DNA of 64,000 bases from a virus (IMGVR_UViG_3300014208_000027:128001-192000); one strand, 5' to 3'; positions 18,345-27,827 are shown, counted from the stretch's first letter. A program made the numbers and translations. The notes: a model not told the origin generated them from the letters alone.

Positions 18345-19337
18345 ATGAAGATAGGAATATGCGAAATATGTAAGAAGGAAAAGAAGGTTTGTAGGCGCAG
18401 AAATACTGGCTCGACAACGTGTCACAGGTGTTATCTAGATTTTATTGCACCAAAGAGTTTATGTGAGTGTGGGAGGTTTGAACCTGCTGCAAAGATTGTA
18501 AACGGAAAACCATATTGTAAGAAATGTTTTTATAATAAACTAACTTTGGTATCTGAATGTTATATTTGTCATGAGGAAAAGGAAGTTAGAAAGCAAAAAA
18601 AAACTAATATACTTGTTTGTGAAAAATGTCACAAAGACAATTTTGCTTTAAAACGAATCTGCGCATGTGGAAAAAAAACAATTTCTGCAAAAGTTGTTGA
18701 TGGTGAAGGATTTTGTGACACATGCTACAGAAAAAAGTTTTTATCTGAAGAGTGTGATGGGTGTCATGAAATAAAGGTTATAAATTGTAGAAGTGGTGGT
18801 AACTTTTGTAGTAAATGCTGGTTTAACAATATAAAAGAAAAAAAAGAGTGCCATGACTGCGGCGAGATAAGAAGAATATGCAGAGTTACTAATAACGGTC
18901 CAGTGTGTGAGAGGTGTAGCAGAAAATATCTGGAAAAACGGAAATGCACTGAATGCCCTAGAGTTAGACTAATACAAAAAGTATTGGGGGATAAAGAGTA
19001 TTGCAGTGTTTGTTATAAAAAATATCGATTGCAAAATGATGAATCTTTTAGAGTTAAAGAAAACTTAAGAGATAGACTTGCGTCGGCGTTTAGAAGACTA
19101 TCTAAAGGTGGGAAGAAGGCCAATGCCAAGGAATATGGTATAGACTATCAAGCCATTTTTGAATATATCGGAGAATGCCCTGGAGATAGAAAAGATTACC
19201 ATATTGATCACATAAAACCTTTGTGTTTATTTGATTTTGATGATCCAGAACAAGTAAGAGATGCATTCCGCCCAGAGAACCATCAGTGGTTAACTAAAGA
19301 AGAAAATATGAAAAAAGGGTCAAAATATAATTCATAA
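18345..19337 (+). CDS. Free-standing HNH endonuclease with a tandem Zn-finger array
   Basis: About 14 CxxC/CxCG motifs, then YHIDHIKPLCLFDF...ENHQWLTKEENMKKG. Confidence 0.75.
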   Translation: MKIGICEICKKEKKVCRRRNTGSTTCHRCYLDFIAPKSLCECGRFEPAAKIVNGKPYCKKCFYNKLTLVSECYICHEEKEVRKQKKTNILVCEKCHKDNFALKRICACGKKTISAKVVDGEGFCDTCYRKKFLSEECDGCHEIKVINCRSGGNFCSKCWFNNIKEKKECHDCGEIRRICRVTNNGPVCERCSRKYLEKRKCTECPRVRLIQKVLGDKEYCSVCYKKYRLQNDESFRVKENLRDRLASAFRRLSKGGKKANAKEYGIDYQAIFEYIGECPGDRKDYHIDHIKPLCLFDFDDPEQVRDAFRPENHQWLTKEENMKKGSKYNS

Positions 19338-20959
19338 TGGCTATTCCATCATTAAAACTAACAAAAGAAGACATAAAAAAAGAAATTATACGATGTGGCA
19401 GAGATCCTGTTTATTTCATCTCAAATTATTGCTATGTCCAACACCCCACAAAGGGAGTTGTCCGATTTAATTTGTATGATTTCCAAAAACAAATTATTCG
19501 AGACGTAAGTGATTATCGATTTAATGTCATACTTAAAGCAAGGCAATTAGGGGTTTCTACGGTTTCAGCTTGTTTCTCCTTATGGATGATGTTGTTTCAT
19601 CGTGGTCAGTCTATATTGATTTGCGCAACAAAAGAAAAAGTTGCTGTCAATGTCGTTAAAAAATGTAAATTAGCATATAAGAGGCTTCCTTCTTGGTTGA
19701 AAGTTTCTGATCTCACAATTGACAATAAAAACTCATTTGAATTAGAAAATTCAAGTTGGATCCGAGGAAGTAGTACTAGTGATGATGTGGGCCGTTCCGA
19801 AGCGTTATCCCTGCTAATAATTGACGAAGCTGCAATTATTAAAAATCTGGAAGATTTATGGCCCGGCTTATATAACACGGTTAGTGAGGGTGGAAAAATT
19901 TTGATAATGTCAACTCCGCTTGGAGCTAGCGGTTTGTTCTATAAAATTTACACTGACTCTTTAGCGCAAAAAAATGACTTTCACTCATCATTTTATGATT
20001 GGAGAAGCCACCCAAATCATGACCAGACTTGGTTTGATCACGAAGTAACTAACATGTCGCGCGCTCAAGTAGCTCAAGAATTACTGGGTAATTTCAATAT
20101 GTCCGGTGAAACTGTATTTGATCCTGAGATGATTGAATGGATGGAAAAAACTCATATTCGTGAACCATTATATCATACTGGGTTTGATCGTAATCTTTGG
20201 GTTTGGGAGGGTTTTAACCCTGAAGAAAAATACTTTATTGCTGCTGACTGTGCCCGAGGTGATGCTACAGATTATTCTGTAGCAGTTGTGTTAAAGATTG
20301 GGCTGTCTTCTTTGAGTGATAAAATGGAAATTGTGGCCTCTTATCAGGGGAAAACTCCTCCTGATTTATTCTCTAATTTTTTACACAACTTAGGAAAAGA
20401 GTATGGGAATGCTCTTTTAGTGGTTGAGAATAATACTGTTGGATTTGCTGTTGTTAGTAAATTGCAAGAATTGCAGTATCCAAATTTATATTATTCTGAA
20501 AAAGGAACGCATAATTTTGTTGAGTCTTATGAAGCAGAAACTAGTAATTCCGGTTATGTAGCAGGGTTTAGTACTACTTCAAAAACTCGTCCATTGATCG
20601 TTTCTAAAATGGAAGAAGATTTAAGGAATAAACTTTTAATATTCCACGATGCAAGATTACTAAACGAATGCCGTACTTTTATTTTTGAAAGTGGAAGACC
20701 GCAATCACAGCGAGGGTATAACGACGATCTAGTAATTGCAACTTGCATTGGCTGCTACGTGAAGGATCTTATTTATGCTACCAATACGGTTGAAATGAGT
20801 TATAAAAAAGCTTTCCTTAGTTCAATTTTTGTTAGCAATACAACTTTAAATACTAAAGTAGCTGGTCAAGCTGGAGCGCCCTTAACGGCTCAATATGATC
20901 AAAGTTTAAAAGACTACCAAGAGTATAATTGGATATATGTTGATATGTTTAAAAAGTAG
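19337..20959 (+). CDS. terL: Terminase large subunit (T4 gp17-like)
   Basis: YCYVQHP...FNLYDFQ, ILKARQLGVST, LIIDEAA, IMSTPLG, nuclease AADCARG and YNDDLVIA. Confidence 0.92.
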   Translation: MAIPSLKLTKEDIKKEIIRCGRDPVYFISNYCYVQHPTKGVVRFNLYDFQKQIIRDVSDYRFNVILKARQLGVSTVSACFSLWMMLFHRGQSILICATKEKVAVNVVKKCKLAYKRLPSWLKVSDLTIDNKNSFELENSSWIRGSSTSDDVGRSEALSLLIIDEAAIIKNLEDLWPGLYNTVSEGGKILIMSTPLGASGLFYKIYTDSLAQKNDFHSSFYDWRSHPNHDQTWFDHEVTNMSRAQVAQELLGNFNMSGETVFDPEMIEWMEKTHIREPLYHTGFDRNLWVWEGFNPEEKYFIAADCARGDATDYSVAVVLKIGLSSLSDKMEIVASYQGKTPPDLFSNFLHNLGKEYGNALLVVENNTVGFAVVSKLQELQYPNLYYSEKGTHNFVESYEAETSNSGYVAGFSTTSKTRPLIVSKMEEDLRNKLLIFHDARLLNECRTFIFESGRPQSQRGYNDDLVIATCIGCYVKDLIYATNTVEMSYKKAFLSSIFVSNTTLNTKVAGQAGAPLTAQYDQSLKDYQEYNWIYVDMFKK

Positions 20960-21111
20960 TGTTGCCCAATCTGCACAACATAACCTTTCTAGGCACAACT
21001 TGATTACAATTTGGCAAGGCAACAAAAAATAAAGTGTTCAATGTTCATTATTGTTTCACGCTATGTTGAACAAGCTAATTTGTGAAACACCTACTACTAG
21101 TGCTCCACTAA

Positions 21112-21119
21112 ACTATTTA
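21112..21119 (+). promoter_or_regulatory. Putative late promoter ACTATTTA
   Basis: 20 nt before the portal ATG. Confidence 0.6.
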
Positions 21120-21139
21120 TCATATTCAAAGGGTGAAAT

Positions 21140-23455
21140 ATGCCTCCAAAGAATCATAATACTAGAAATCCGTTAGAACAATCTCATGATCTTTTTAAAC
21201 GCTTAACACGTCTTTTTAGTGGTCCACTAGTCTCATACAAAGCACAAGTTGAGAAGTCTCTTAGGCGTAAACAATTAGATAAGTATTCTCGTCAGCTAAA
21301 GACAACAGATGGTCAACATTTTAAGAAGCAACAATTTAATTTATATGATGCCTTGAGATCTGCTGCGTTTATGAATGTCCAAAGGCATCAACGTTATAAT
21401 GATTTTAATGAGATGGATACGGATGCTTATATCAGTTCTTGCCTAGACATATATTCTGATGAAATGTGTACGTACTCTAAGCTTCAACCAATGTTGACGA
21501 TTAACTGTGCAAATGAAGAAATTAAAGAAGTTTTAAAAGTTCTCTATAAAGATGTGCTAAATGTGGAATGTAATTTGCCTGGTTGGTGCAGGTCAATGTG
21601 TAAGTTTGGTGATTTTTTTATGTTTCTTGACATTGACGATTCTCTTGGAATTCAGCGTGGAATTGCATTACCACCTGGAGAAGTAGAGCGACTTGAAGGA
21701 GAAGATAAGTTAAACCCTGATTATGTTCAATTTCAGTTAAATACCGGAGGATTAACTCTTGAAAATTGGCAAGTTGCACATTTTAGAATCTTAGGTGTAG
21801 ACAAATATGCCCCATTTGGAGTAAGTGTGTTAGATGGTGGGAGAAGAACCTACAGACAGCTTTGTTATGCTAAGGGAACAAAAGTTTGGCTTCCAAATCT
21901 TGAAGAAAAAAATATTGAAGATATGAAAATTGGGGATGTTGTATTTTCTTTTGATCGTAGTATAAACCAAATAATTGAAACAAAAGTAAAAAATGTTGCA
22001 TTTATGGGGATACAAAAGGTAATTGAAATAAAAAGCGGGGAGATTACTTTAAAAGTTACTCCAAATCATGGAGTTTATGTTAGAAATAAAGATGATCAAA
22101 TTATTTGTAAAATGGCAAAAGACTTAATTTGCTTTGAAGATAAGTTGATTTGTCCTACTGAACTAAATGATTGCGATTGCGGTGATTGGAGTTATTATAG
22201 TTTCCAACTTGTAGAAGAAGTTGTTGACAATGGAGAATTTGTTGAAACTTATGATCTTGAAGTTGATCATGAATGTCACAACTTCACTGCTGATGGAGTA
22301 ATTGCTTCTAACACACTATTAGAAGATTCTATTATAGCTTATCGTATTGTTCGCGCACCTGAAAGAAAAGTTTTTTATCTTGACGTAGGTAATATCCCGC
22401 CACAAGATGTTGAAGTATTTATGCAGAAAGCTATGACGCAAATGAAACGTCACCAAATTGCTGATCCCACTACAGGTAGAGTAGACCTTCGCTATCAACC
22501 TATGAGTGTTGAGAATGATTATTTTCTTCCTGTGCGCGGTCAAGGTTCTGCTACTAGAATTGAGCCCCTACCAGGTGGTCAATTTGTTGGCGATATTGAT
22601 GATTTGAAATATATTAAAGATAAATTGTTTGCTGCCTTAAAGGTTCCTATTTCTTATATTTCTCGTGGCGAAGGCTCTAGTGAAGATCAAGGTTCTTTAA
22701 GTGTCAAAGATATCCGCTTTGCTCGCACTATTCAACGCCTACAGAAGTCAGTTATTGCAGAGTTAACTAAAATTGGTCTTGTGCATCTTTTTATTCTAGG
22801 TTACCGTAACGAAGATCTGCTATCATTTTCGCTAGCGTTGAATAATCCTTCGAAGATTGCAGAACTTCAAGAACTTGAACATTGGAAAACTAAATTTGAG
22901 GTTGCTGGCGCTGCTACGGAAAACTTCTTTTCTAGGCGTTGGATCGGTGAAAGAATTTTTAATCTTTCTGAAGAAGAGATGCTTCGTAATCAGCGTGAAA
23001 TGTATCAAGATCGATGGCTAGATTCACAATTAAATTCTATTTCTGAAGGTACTGAGTCTAGCTCTGGAGGTGGCGGTGGACTTGAGGGCTTATCTAGCCC
23101 CGATAACACACCTGACGCTGGTTTAGAGGGCACTGATGAAACTGGAGAGCCATCAGAACCACCTACTCTTCTAGCCGCTCCTGGTAAGCGTGACGAGCCT
23201 CATTTAACGCCTGGTTCAAAAGGTAAAGTTTATTTTCCTGAAGAGTTTGATAAGCGTGGTATGGGGGCTAGATCTGTTCATATGGATTCTTTAGGTGGCA
23301 CTATTTTACCAGGGCTTAAAAAAATGAAATCTCTTGGTAGAGGTATTGCTAATGAATCTTTAACATTGGAAGAAAGTAAACTTCATAACACTAGTTTTGA
23401 AATTAAACAATTATTAGAAAAGTTAGAAAGTAAAACAGACAAGAAGATTATTTAA
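21140..23455 (+). CDS. gp20: Portal protein (T4 gp20-like) containing an intein
   Basis: CKFGDFF, LEDSIIAYRIVRAPERKVFYLDVGNIP, DYFLPVRG, LPGGQ, DDLKY. Confidence 0.9.
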   Translation: MPPKNHNTRNPLEQSHDLFKRLTRLFSGPLVSYKAQVEKSLRRKQLDKYSRQLKTTDGQHFKKQQFNLYDALRSAAFMNVQRHQRYNDFNEMDTDAYISSCLDIYSDEMCTYSKLQPMLTINCANEEIKEVLKVLYKDVLNVECNLPGWCRSMCKFGDFFMFLDIDDSLGIQRGIALPPGEVERLEGEDKLNPDYVQFQLNTGGLTLENWQVAHFRILGVDKYAPFGVSVLDGGRRTYRQLCYAKGTKVWLPNLEEKNIEDMKIGDVVFSFDRSINQIIETKVKNVAFMGIQKVIEIKSGEITLKVTPNHGVYVRNKDDQIICKMAKDLICFEDKLICPTELNDCDCGDWSYYSFQLVEEVVDNGEFVETYDLEVDHECHNFTADGVIASNTLLEDSIIAYRIVRAPERKVFYLDVGNIPPQDVEVFMQKAMTQMKRHQIADPTTGRVDLRYQPMSVENDYFLPVRGQGSATRIEPLPGGQFVGDIDDLKYIKDKLFAALKVPISYISRGEGSSEDQGSLSVKDIRFARTIQRLQKSVIAELTKIGLVHLFILGYRNEDLLSFSLALNNPSKIAELQELEHWKTKFEVAGAATENFFSRRWIGERIFNLSEEEMLRNQREMYQDRWLDSQLNSISEGTESSSGGGGGLEGLSSPDNTPDAGLEGTDETGEPSEPPTLLAAPGKRDEPHLTPGSKGKVYFPEEFDKRGMGARSVHMDSLGGTILPGLKKMKSLGRGIANESLTLEESKLHNTSFEIKQLLEKLESKTDKKII
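21863..22312 (+). mobile_element. Cis mini-intein (150 aa) in the portal
   Basis: CYAKGTKV (block A), VTPNHGV (block B), TYDLEV...HNFTADGVIASN (blocks F/G), Thr at +1; removal restores RRTYRQL-TLLED. Confidence 0.9.
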
Positions 23456-23459
23456 TTTA

Positions 23460-24545
23460 ATGTTCAATTTCAAGAAAATCTTAAGAGAGAATATTCAGCA
23501 AACTAGATTGTTGTTATGGGAAGGTTTAGGTCAACTTGATGAAAGAGCTAGGTATAGAGAGAAAGATATAGAGCTGCCAGAACTATGGGATGTGTTAAAA
23601 AAACTTAAAGTTGACAATCCCAATGATAGTCAATATTTTGTTCATCTTTCACAAATAGAAAAAGTTGGAATTAACCCACAATTTAGTCACGATGAATCGC
23701 CAATTGGAATATATACTTATCCTATAGATGAAGAGTTTTTTCGAATTTTTAAAGACAAAGTAGTATACGCTACAGACTTTCCATATGTTTTTATTCTAAA
23801 GTTTGTCGGAGATCCATCAAAGATTTATACTTTCGGGCAACGAAGCAAACTTTATTCTGAAATGTCGGAAGAAAGCTATAATAAATATTTAAATCTGATA
23901 AAAGTTCTCTTTAATGGGAAGCCTGAATTTGAAAAAATTTCAAAGTTTGAAAAAGAATATAGATCCTTTGAGCCTATCCAAAGGTTATGGAATATAACTA
24001 GAGGGTTAGTTGGCGATGGAAATGGCAAACAGTGGGGATTTTTATTAAAAAAACTTGGAATAAATGGATTCGTAGATTCTGGTCTGGGTGCTATACATGC
24101 CGCAGAAGATTCTCAGGCTATATTTTTTAATTATCCTGATCTTCAAATTGAGTATGAATTTACTAATATAAGTGATTCTAGACGGTATGAAAAACTGATT
24201 AACAACATCATTGATTTGTATAAGAATGGAAAAGTACCTAGCGAAAAAATGTTTAATGAATTAAACGATGTGAATTTAAAAAAAGTAGTGGAAGACGACG
24301 AATTGTATTTTGATAAATTTTGGGTTAAGTTGTCGAAGCGAAAAAATCTACCAGAAGAATTTATTGTTAAGTTTTCGGGTTATCTTGATTGGGGTTATAT
24401 TTCTCTTTATCAAAACTTGAGTGAAGACTTTATTGAAAAGTTTAGGAATAAGATTAATTGGATATCTCTCTCTAAAAACAAGGAAATTCCCGAAGAAACA
24501 AAAAACAAGTTTATTAACAAAGGAAAGGTAAAAAATGGCGTTTAG
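23460..24545 (+). CDS. Accessory protein: MFNFK leader, ART-like domain, Trp repeats
   Basis: YFVHLS, GIYTYP, LGINGFVD...EDSQAIFF; C-terminal LPEEFIVKF..LDW / LSEDFIEKF..INW repeats. Confidence 0.5.
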   Translation: MFNFKKILRENIQQTRLLLWEGLGQLDERARYREKDIELPELWDVLKKLKVDNPNDSQYFVHLSQIEKVGINPQFSHDESPIGIYTYPIDEEFFRIFKDKVVYATDFPYVFILKFVGDPSKIYTFGQRSKLYSEMSEESYNKYLNLIKVLFNGKPEFEKISKFEKEYRSFEPIQRLWNITRGLVGDGNGKQWGFLLKKLGINGFVDSGLGAIHAAEDSQAIFFNYPDLQIEYEFTNISDSRRYEKLINNIIDLYKNGKVPSEKMFNELNDVNLKKVVEDDELYFDKFWVKLSKRKNLPEEFIVKFSGYLDWGYISLYQNLSEDFIEKFRNKINWISLSKNKEIPEETKNKFINKGKVKNGV

Positions 24546-25326
24546 ACACAACAAAAAAAAGAATACGCTTTTTATCTATGAAGTTCTTATACGTGAACTT
24601 ACTAGATGTATTCTAAAAGAAGACAAGGCACAAAAAAAAGAAATTCTCAACATTATTAAAACTTTCTTTGCTAAGGATAAGCCTTTAGCTAAAGAAATAG
24701 AGTTATATCGTATTCTATCTGAAACTACTGACCTTAAAGAAGGGTTAGCGCGTAAACTGTTATCAGAAACTTTACGAGTTTATAGTAACTTCAATCATAA
24801 TGATTTACAACAGGAACAAGAAAAATTACTTGCTCAAGTTAACGAGAAAACTGATTCTGAATCATTATTTACTACTTTTATTCCTTCTTATAGAAATCTT
24901 GCAAGTATCTACCAAATTTTTAACCGTAAAATGAATCCTAAAGAAAAAGTTATTCTTGAAGAACGCATTGTAGAATCTTTAATGAGTTCGCCAAAGTTAA
25001 AAGAGGAAGAAAAATTTAATCCTATTGGAAATTTAGAGTTTAAAACATTTCTAAACTCATTTAATGAAGTATACTCTGGTACGCTTATAAAAGAACAACA
25101 AGAGTTGTTAACTCGTTATGTGCTTTCTAGTACAGATGATGGTACGGAACTAAAAATATATCTTAATGAGGAAATTTCAAGATTGAAAGGTGCTGTAAAG
25201 GGTAGGGAAGAATTAAAAGAAGTGTTACAGGTTTTAGAAAACTTTCAAAATCAACCAATTAGTACGGAAGTATTAAGTCAAGTGTTGCGAGTGCAAGATT
25301 TAGTAAGTCAGTTAGAAAACAAATAG
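24535..25326 (+). CDS. Conserved head-module hypothetical protein
   Basis: FRHNKKKNTLFIYEVLIRE N-terminus; lies between portal and protease. Confidence 0.65.
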   Translation: MAFRHNKKKNTLFIYEVLIRELTRCILKEDKAQKKEILNIIKTFFAKDKPLAKEIELYRILSETTDLKEGLARKLLSETLRVYSNFNHNDLQQEQEKLLAQVNEKTDSESLFTTFIPSYRNLASIYQIFNRKMNPKEKVILEERIVESLMSSPKLKEEEKFNPIGNLEFKTFLNSFNEVYSGTLIKEQQELLTRYVLSSTDDGTELKIYLNEEISRLKGAVKGREELKEVLQVLENFQNQPISTEVLSQVLRVQDLVSQLENK

Positions 25327-25356
25327 AATCACAACTATTTATTGCTAGGAGATATT

Positions 25357-25443
25357 ATGCAAGATTTCGTCTATATTGTTCGTAAGTGGCAAAATAAACG
25401 TAGAGTTGCTTTGTGTTGTAAAGGTAGCATAAGCAAGCCCTAG
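25357..25443 (+). CDS. 28-aa upstream ORF ahead of the prohead protease
   Basis: ACTATTTA 25334-25341, AGGAG SD, MQDFVYIVRKWQNKRRVALCCKGSISKP*. Confidence 0.35.
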   Translation: MQDFVYIVRKWQNKRRVALCCKGSISKP

Positions 25444-25465
25444 CGAGTAGGGCAAGAAAAAATAA

Positions 25466-26068
25466 ATGTCAAAAATGCTTCTTACAGAATTTTTTAGTTT
25501 ATGCCCTGGGGGTCAATGTGAAGATCTGTTAACTGAGCATGATAAACATATGGTTCGTGAAGGCAACATTATTTTAACTGGTAAAATTCAAGAAGCAAAC
25601 ACTAGGAATGGCAATGGAAGAGTTTATCCCAAGAAAATCCTTGAACGTGAAATCAACAAGTATCAGCAATTAATTGAAGAAAAACGGGCACTTGGGACCT
25701 TAGATCACGGAGTGGATGAGACAGTGATGTTGAAAGATGCCTCGCATTTAATGACACAACTATGGTGGGATGGTGATTGCGTTATGGGCAAGCTCAGAGT
25801 GTTAAAAACTCCTGTAGGTCAAATTTTAGAAACTTTGATTAAAGAAGGCATATTACTTGGAATTTCTTCTAGAGCACTCGGTAGCTTAACAGAAGGTAGG
25901 GATGGAAATTCTATTGTCAATGAAGATCTTGCCCTACTGTCGTTTGATATAGTTTCAGTCCCTTCTACAAATCGTGCATTTCTTCAACAAGTTCAAGAGT
26001 CAAAGTTGAACGAATCTAAACAAAGTAAAATTTCTTCCCTAGTTAGTGAAATCCTCAAGAGGCGCTAA
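25466..26068 (+). CDS. gp21: Prohead protease (T4 gp21-like)
   Basis: GKIQEANTRNGNGRVYP, LGTLDH, GISSRALGS, FDIVSVPST. Confidence 0.9.
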   Translation: MSKMLLTEFFSLCPGGQCEDLLTEHDKHMVREGNIILTGKIQEANTRNGNGRVYPKKILEREINKYQQLIEEKRALGTLDHGVDETVMLKDASHLMTQLWWDGDCVMGKLRVLKTPVGQILETLIKEGILLGISSRALGSLTEGRDGNSIVNEDLALLSFDIVSVPSTNRAFLQQVQESKLNESKQSKISSLVSEILKRR

Positions 26069-26514
26069 TGAATCTTCTAGAATTAAAAAAACTCCTTAAA
26101 CCTTTAATTCGTGACATTGTTAAAGAAGTTATCCTTGAAGAGCAAGGTATTATTTCTCATGTCATAAAGGAGTCTATGACTGCTATAGCGGGTAATAAAG
26201 CTTCTTTACCTGTTCAACAGTTGCAAGAAGAAGTTAAATCTTTTCAACCTCGTAAACTCCCTAGTGACGTTAAAGATCAACTAGCAGGCACAAGAAAAAA
26301 ACTTTTAGAAGCTATTGGTAAAGATGCTTATAACGGTGTAGATCTTTTTGCCGGTACAGAACCGCTAAGAGAAAACGCTCCTACGGTTACGCCTATGGGA
26401 AGCGTCCCGTCACCACTAGCAAACATGGATCCTAGTGATCCAGGTGTTCCAATCGATAAATTTTTCGATACTCAAAACTGGGCAAAGTTAGCAGCAGGTA
26501 AGAAAAAAAAATAA
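26068..26514 (+). CDS. Hypothetical head-module protein
   Basis: ELKKLLKPLIRDIVKEVILEE start; TAATG overlap. Confidence 0.6.
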   Translation: MNLLELKKLLKPLIRDIVKEVILEEQGIISHVIKESMTAIAGNKASLPVQQLQEEVKSFQPRKLPSDVKDQLAGTRKKLLEAIGKDAYNGVDLFAGTEPLRENAPTVTPMGSVPSPLANMDPSDPGVPIDKFFDTQNWAKLAAGKKKK

Positions 26515-26541
26515 CTTCAAAACATTAACAAAGGATAGAAA

Positions 26542-26832
26542 ATGGCTTATTATAACCACAAACGACGTGTGCATGAAAAGAAGGAATGGGGTGTTACCGG
26601 AGATGAGGCAGCAGGTTCAATTCTTCTAGAAGTAGTATTTGAAGAAAATGATACTGTTGAAAAACTTATTAAACGCTTCCTAAAGAAGTTTAAGAAGAAT
26701 AAGTTAATGGATGAGATCCATGAGCATAATTATTATGTGAAGCCTTCTATGCGCCGCAAACTTAAACGGTCTAGACGTAGGAAAGTGGCTCAACGCATTC
26801 AACAAGAAAAAGATTTATCTAATTTAGACTAA
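26542..26832 (+). CDS. rpsU: Phage-encoded ribosomal protein bS21, divergent, with an N-terminal extension
   Basis: VEKLIKRFLKKFKKNKLMDEIHEHNYYVKPSMRRKLKRSRRRK matches the bS21 pattern (xEKALRRFKK...E...YxKPS..RR). Confidence 0.75.
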   Translation: MAYYNHKRRVHEKKEWGVTGDEAAGSILLEVVFEENDTVEKLIKRFLKKFKKNKLMDEIHEHNYYVKPSMRRKLKRSRRRKVAQRIQQEKDLSNLD

Positions 26833-26839
26833 CTAACAT

Positions 26840-27820
26840 ATGGCGGTAGAACATCTTTGGCGGCAAATCGGGGGTAGTGGTGGTGGAGCTACTGGGCCTA
26901 CGGGACCTACAGGCCCAACGGGCGCTACTGGAGCCACTGGGACTAGTGTAACCGGACCTACTGGTGCTACTGGTCCAACTGGTGCTGATTCTACTGTACC
27001 TGGCCCTACAGGCCCAACTGGCCCAGTAGCTACATTTGATACCAGACTTCCTCAAATGATGTGGATTTCTTCTACGGCAATAGATGTGTACCCCCCTCCA
27101 GGAGTTTCTACAGCTAGATTAACGCTTCAAAATGGCACTCAATACGCATTAACTTCTGCACTTTCTTTTTCGTTTTCTAATCCTGTAGGAGGGGATTTGG
27201 GGTTAGATGTTGGAGCTGAAGCTCCTTCAACATGGTATTATATGTACGTATTGCCAAAGTCTGGTTCTGCTACGGAATTTACTGTAAAAGCATCTGCAAC
27301 TTCTCCAACAAATACATCAGGGCCTCCAAGCTCTAGTAGTTACGCATACCTTGGTTCATTTTATAATAATTCTGGAAGTAACATTCGTCCATTTGACCAA
27401 AATAATAGTTATTTTTCTTATAGAGATTATACTGGCTTAGAGTTGGTGTTGTATACGGAAAGTGCAGGTTCTCCTGCAACTGGAACATGGACTCTGCTAT
27501 CGGCATCATCTATATCTTCTTCCTTTCCAACCAATACTGCTGGGTCTGTAGTCATTACTGGGGTTATGGATTCGGATGCTGCTGGAGTTCATGAAATAAT
27601 GGTTGAAGCAGGGAACCCACCTTCATATACCCCATCTTCATTTAATCAAACATTTTTAATAGCTCAAGAAAATTCTCGTTGTGCGAATACGAAAATTATA
27701 AATTTAACTTTAAACGGTAGTTCCAAGGGGGATATTTCTAGGTATTGGCTTAATAGAACGGGTTTAGTAGATATTAGGTTGTGGGTATTAGGATACTACG
27801 ATAAATATCTCCCAGGCTAG
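26840..27820 (+). CDS. Collagen-like (GPT) fibre protein
   Basis: GGSGGG then ~40 aa of GPT/GAT repeats, then a fibre-type domain (WYYMY...YAYLGSFYNNSGSNIRPF). Confidence 0.7.
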   Translation: MAVEHLWRQIGGSGGGATGPTGPTGPTGATGATGTSVTGPTGATGPTGADSTVPGPTGPTGPVATFDTRLPQMMWISSTAIDVYPPPGVSTARLTLQNGTQYALTSALSFSFSNPVGGDLGLDVGAEAPSTWYYMYVLPKSGSATEFTVKASATSPTNTSGPPSSSSYAYLGSFYNNSGSNIRPFDQNNSYFSYRDYTGLELVLYTESAGSPATGTWTLLSASSISSSFPTNTAGSVVITGVMDSDAAGVHEIMVEAGNPPSYTPSSFNQTFLIAQENSRCANTKIINLTLNGSSKGDISRYWLNRTGLVDIRLWVLGYYDKYLPG

Positions 27821-27827
27821 GTGATCT

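Noticed and set aside
25437-25453. Lambda boxB or pistol-ribozyme identity for the GCCCT...AGGGC hairpin
   Set aside because: The loop GCGAG is not the boxB GAARA type, and the pistol pseudoknot partner would need to lie upstream; kept only as a generic hairpin.
26529-26544. Same AACAAAGGATAGAAAA sequence before the bS21 start and before ATG 53347 (-)
   Set aside because: An SD plus A-rich spacer is low complexity and probably coincidental.
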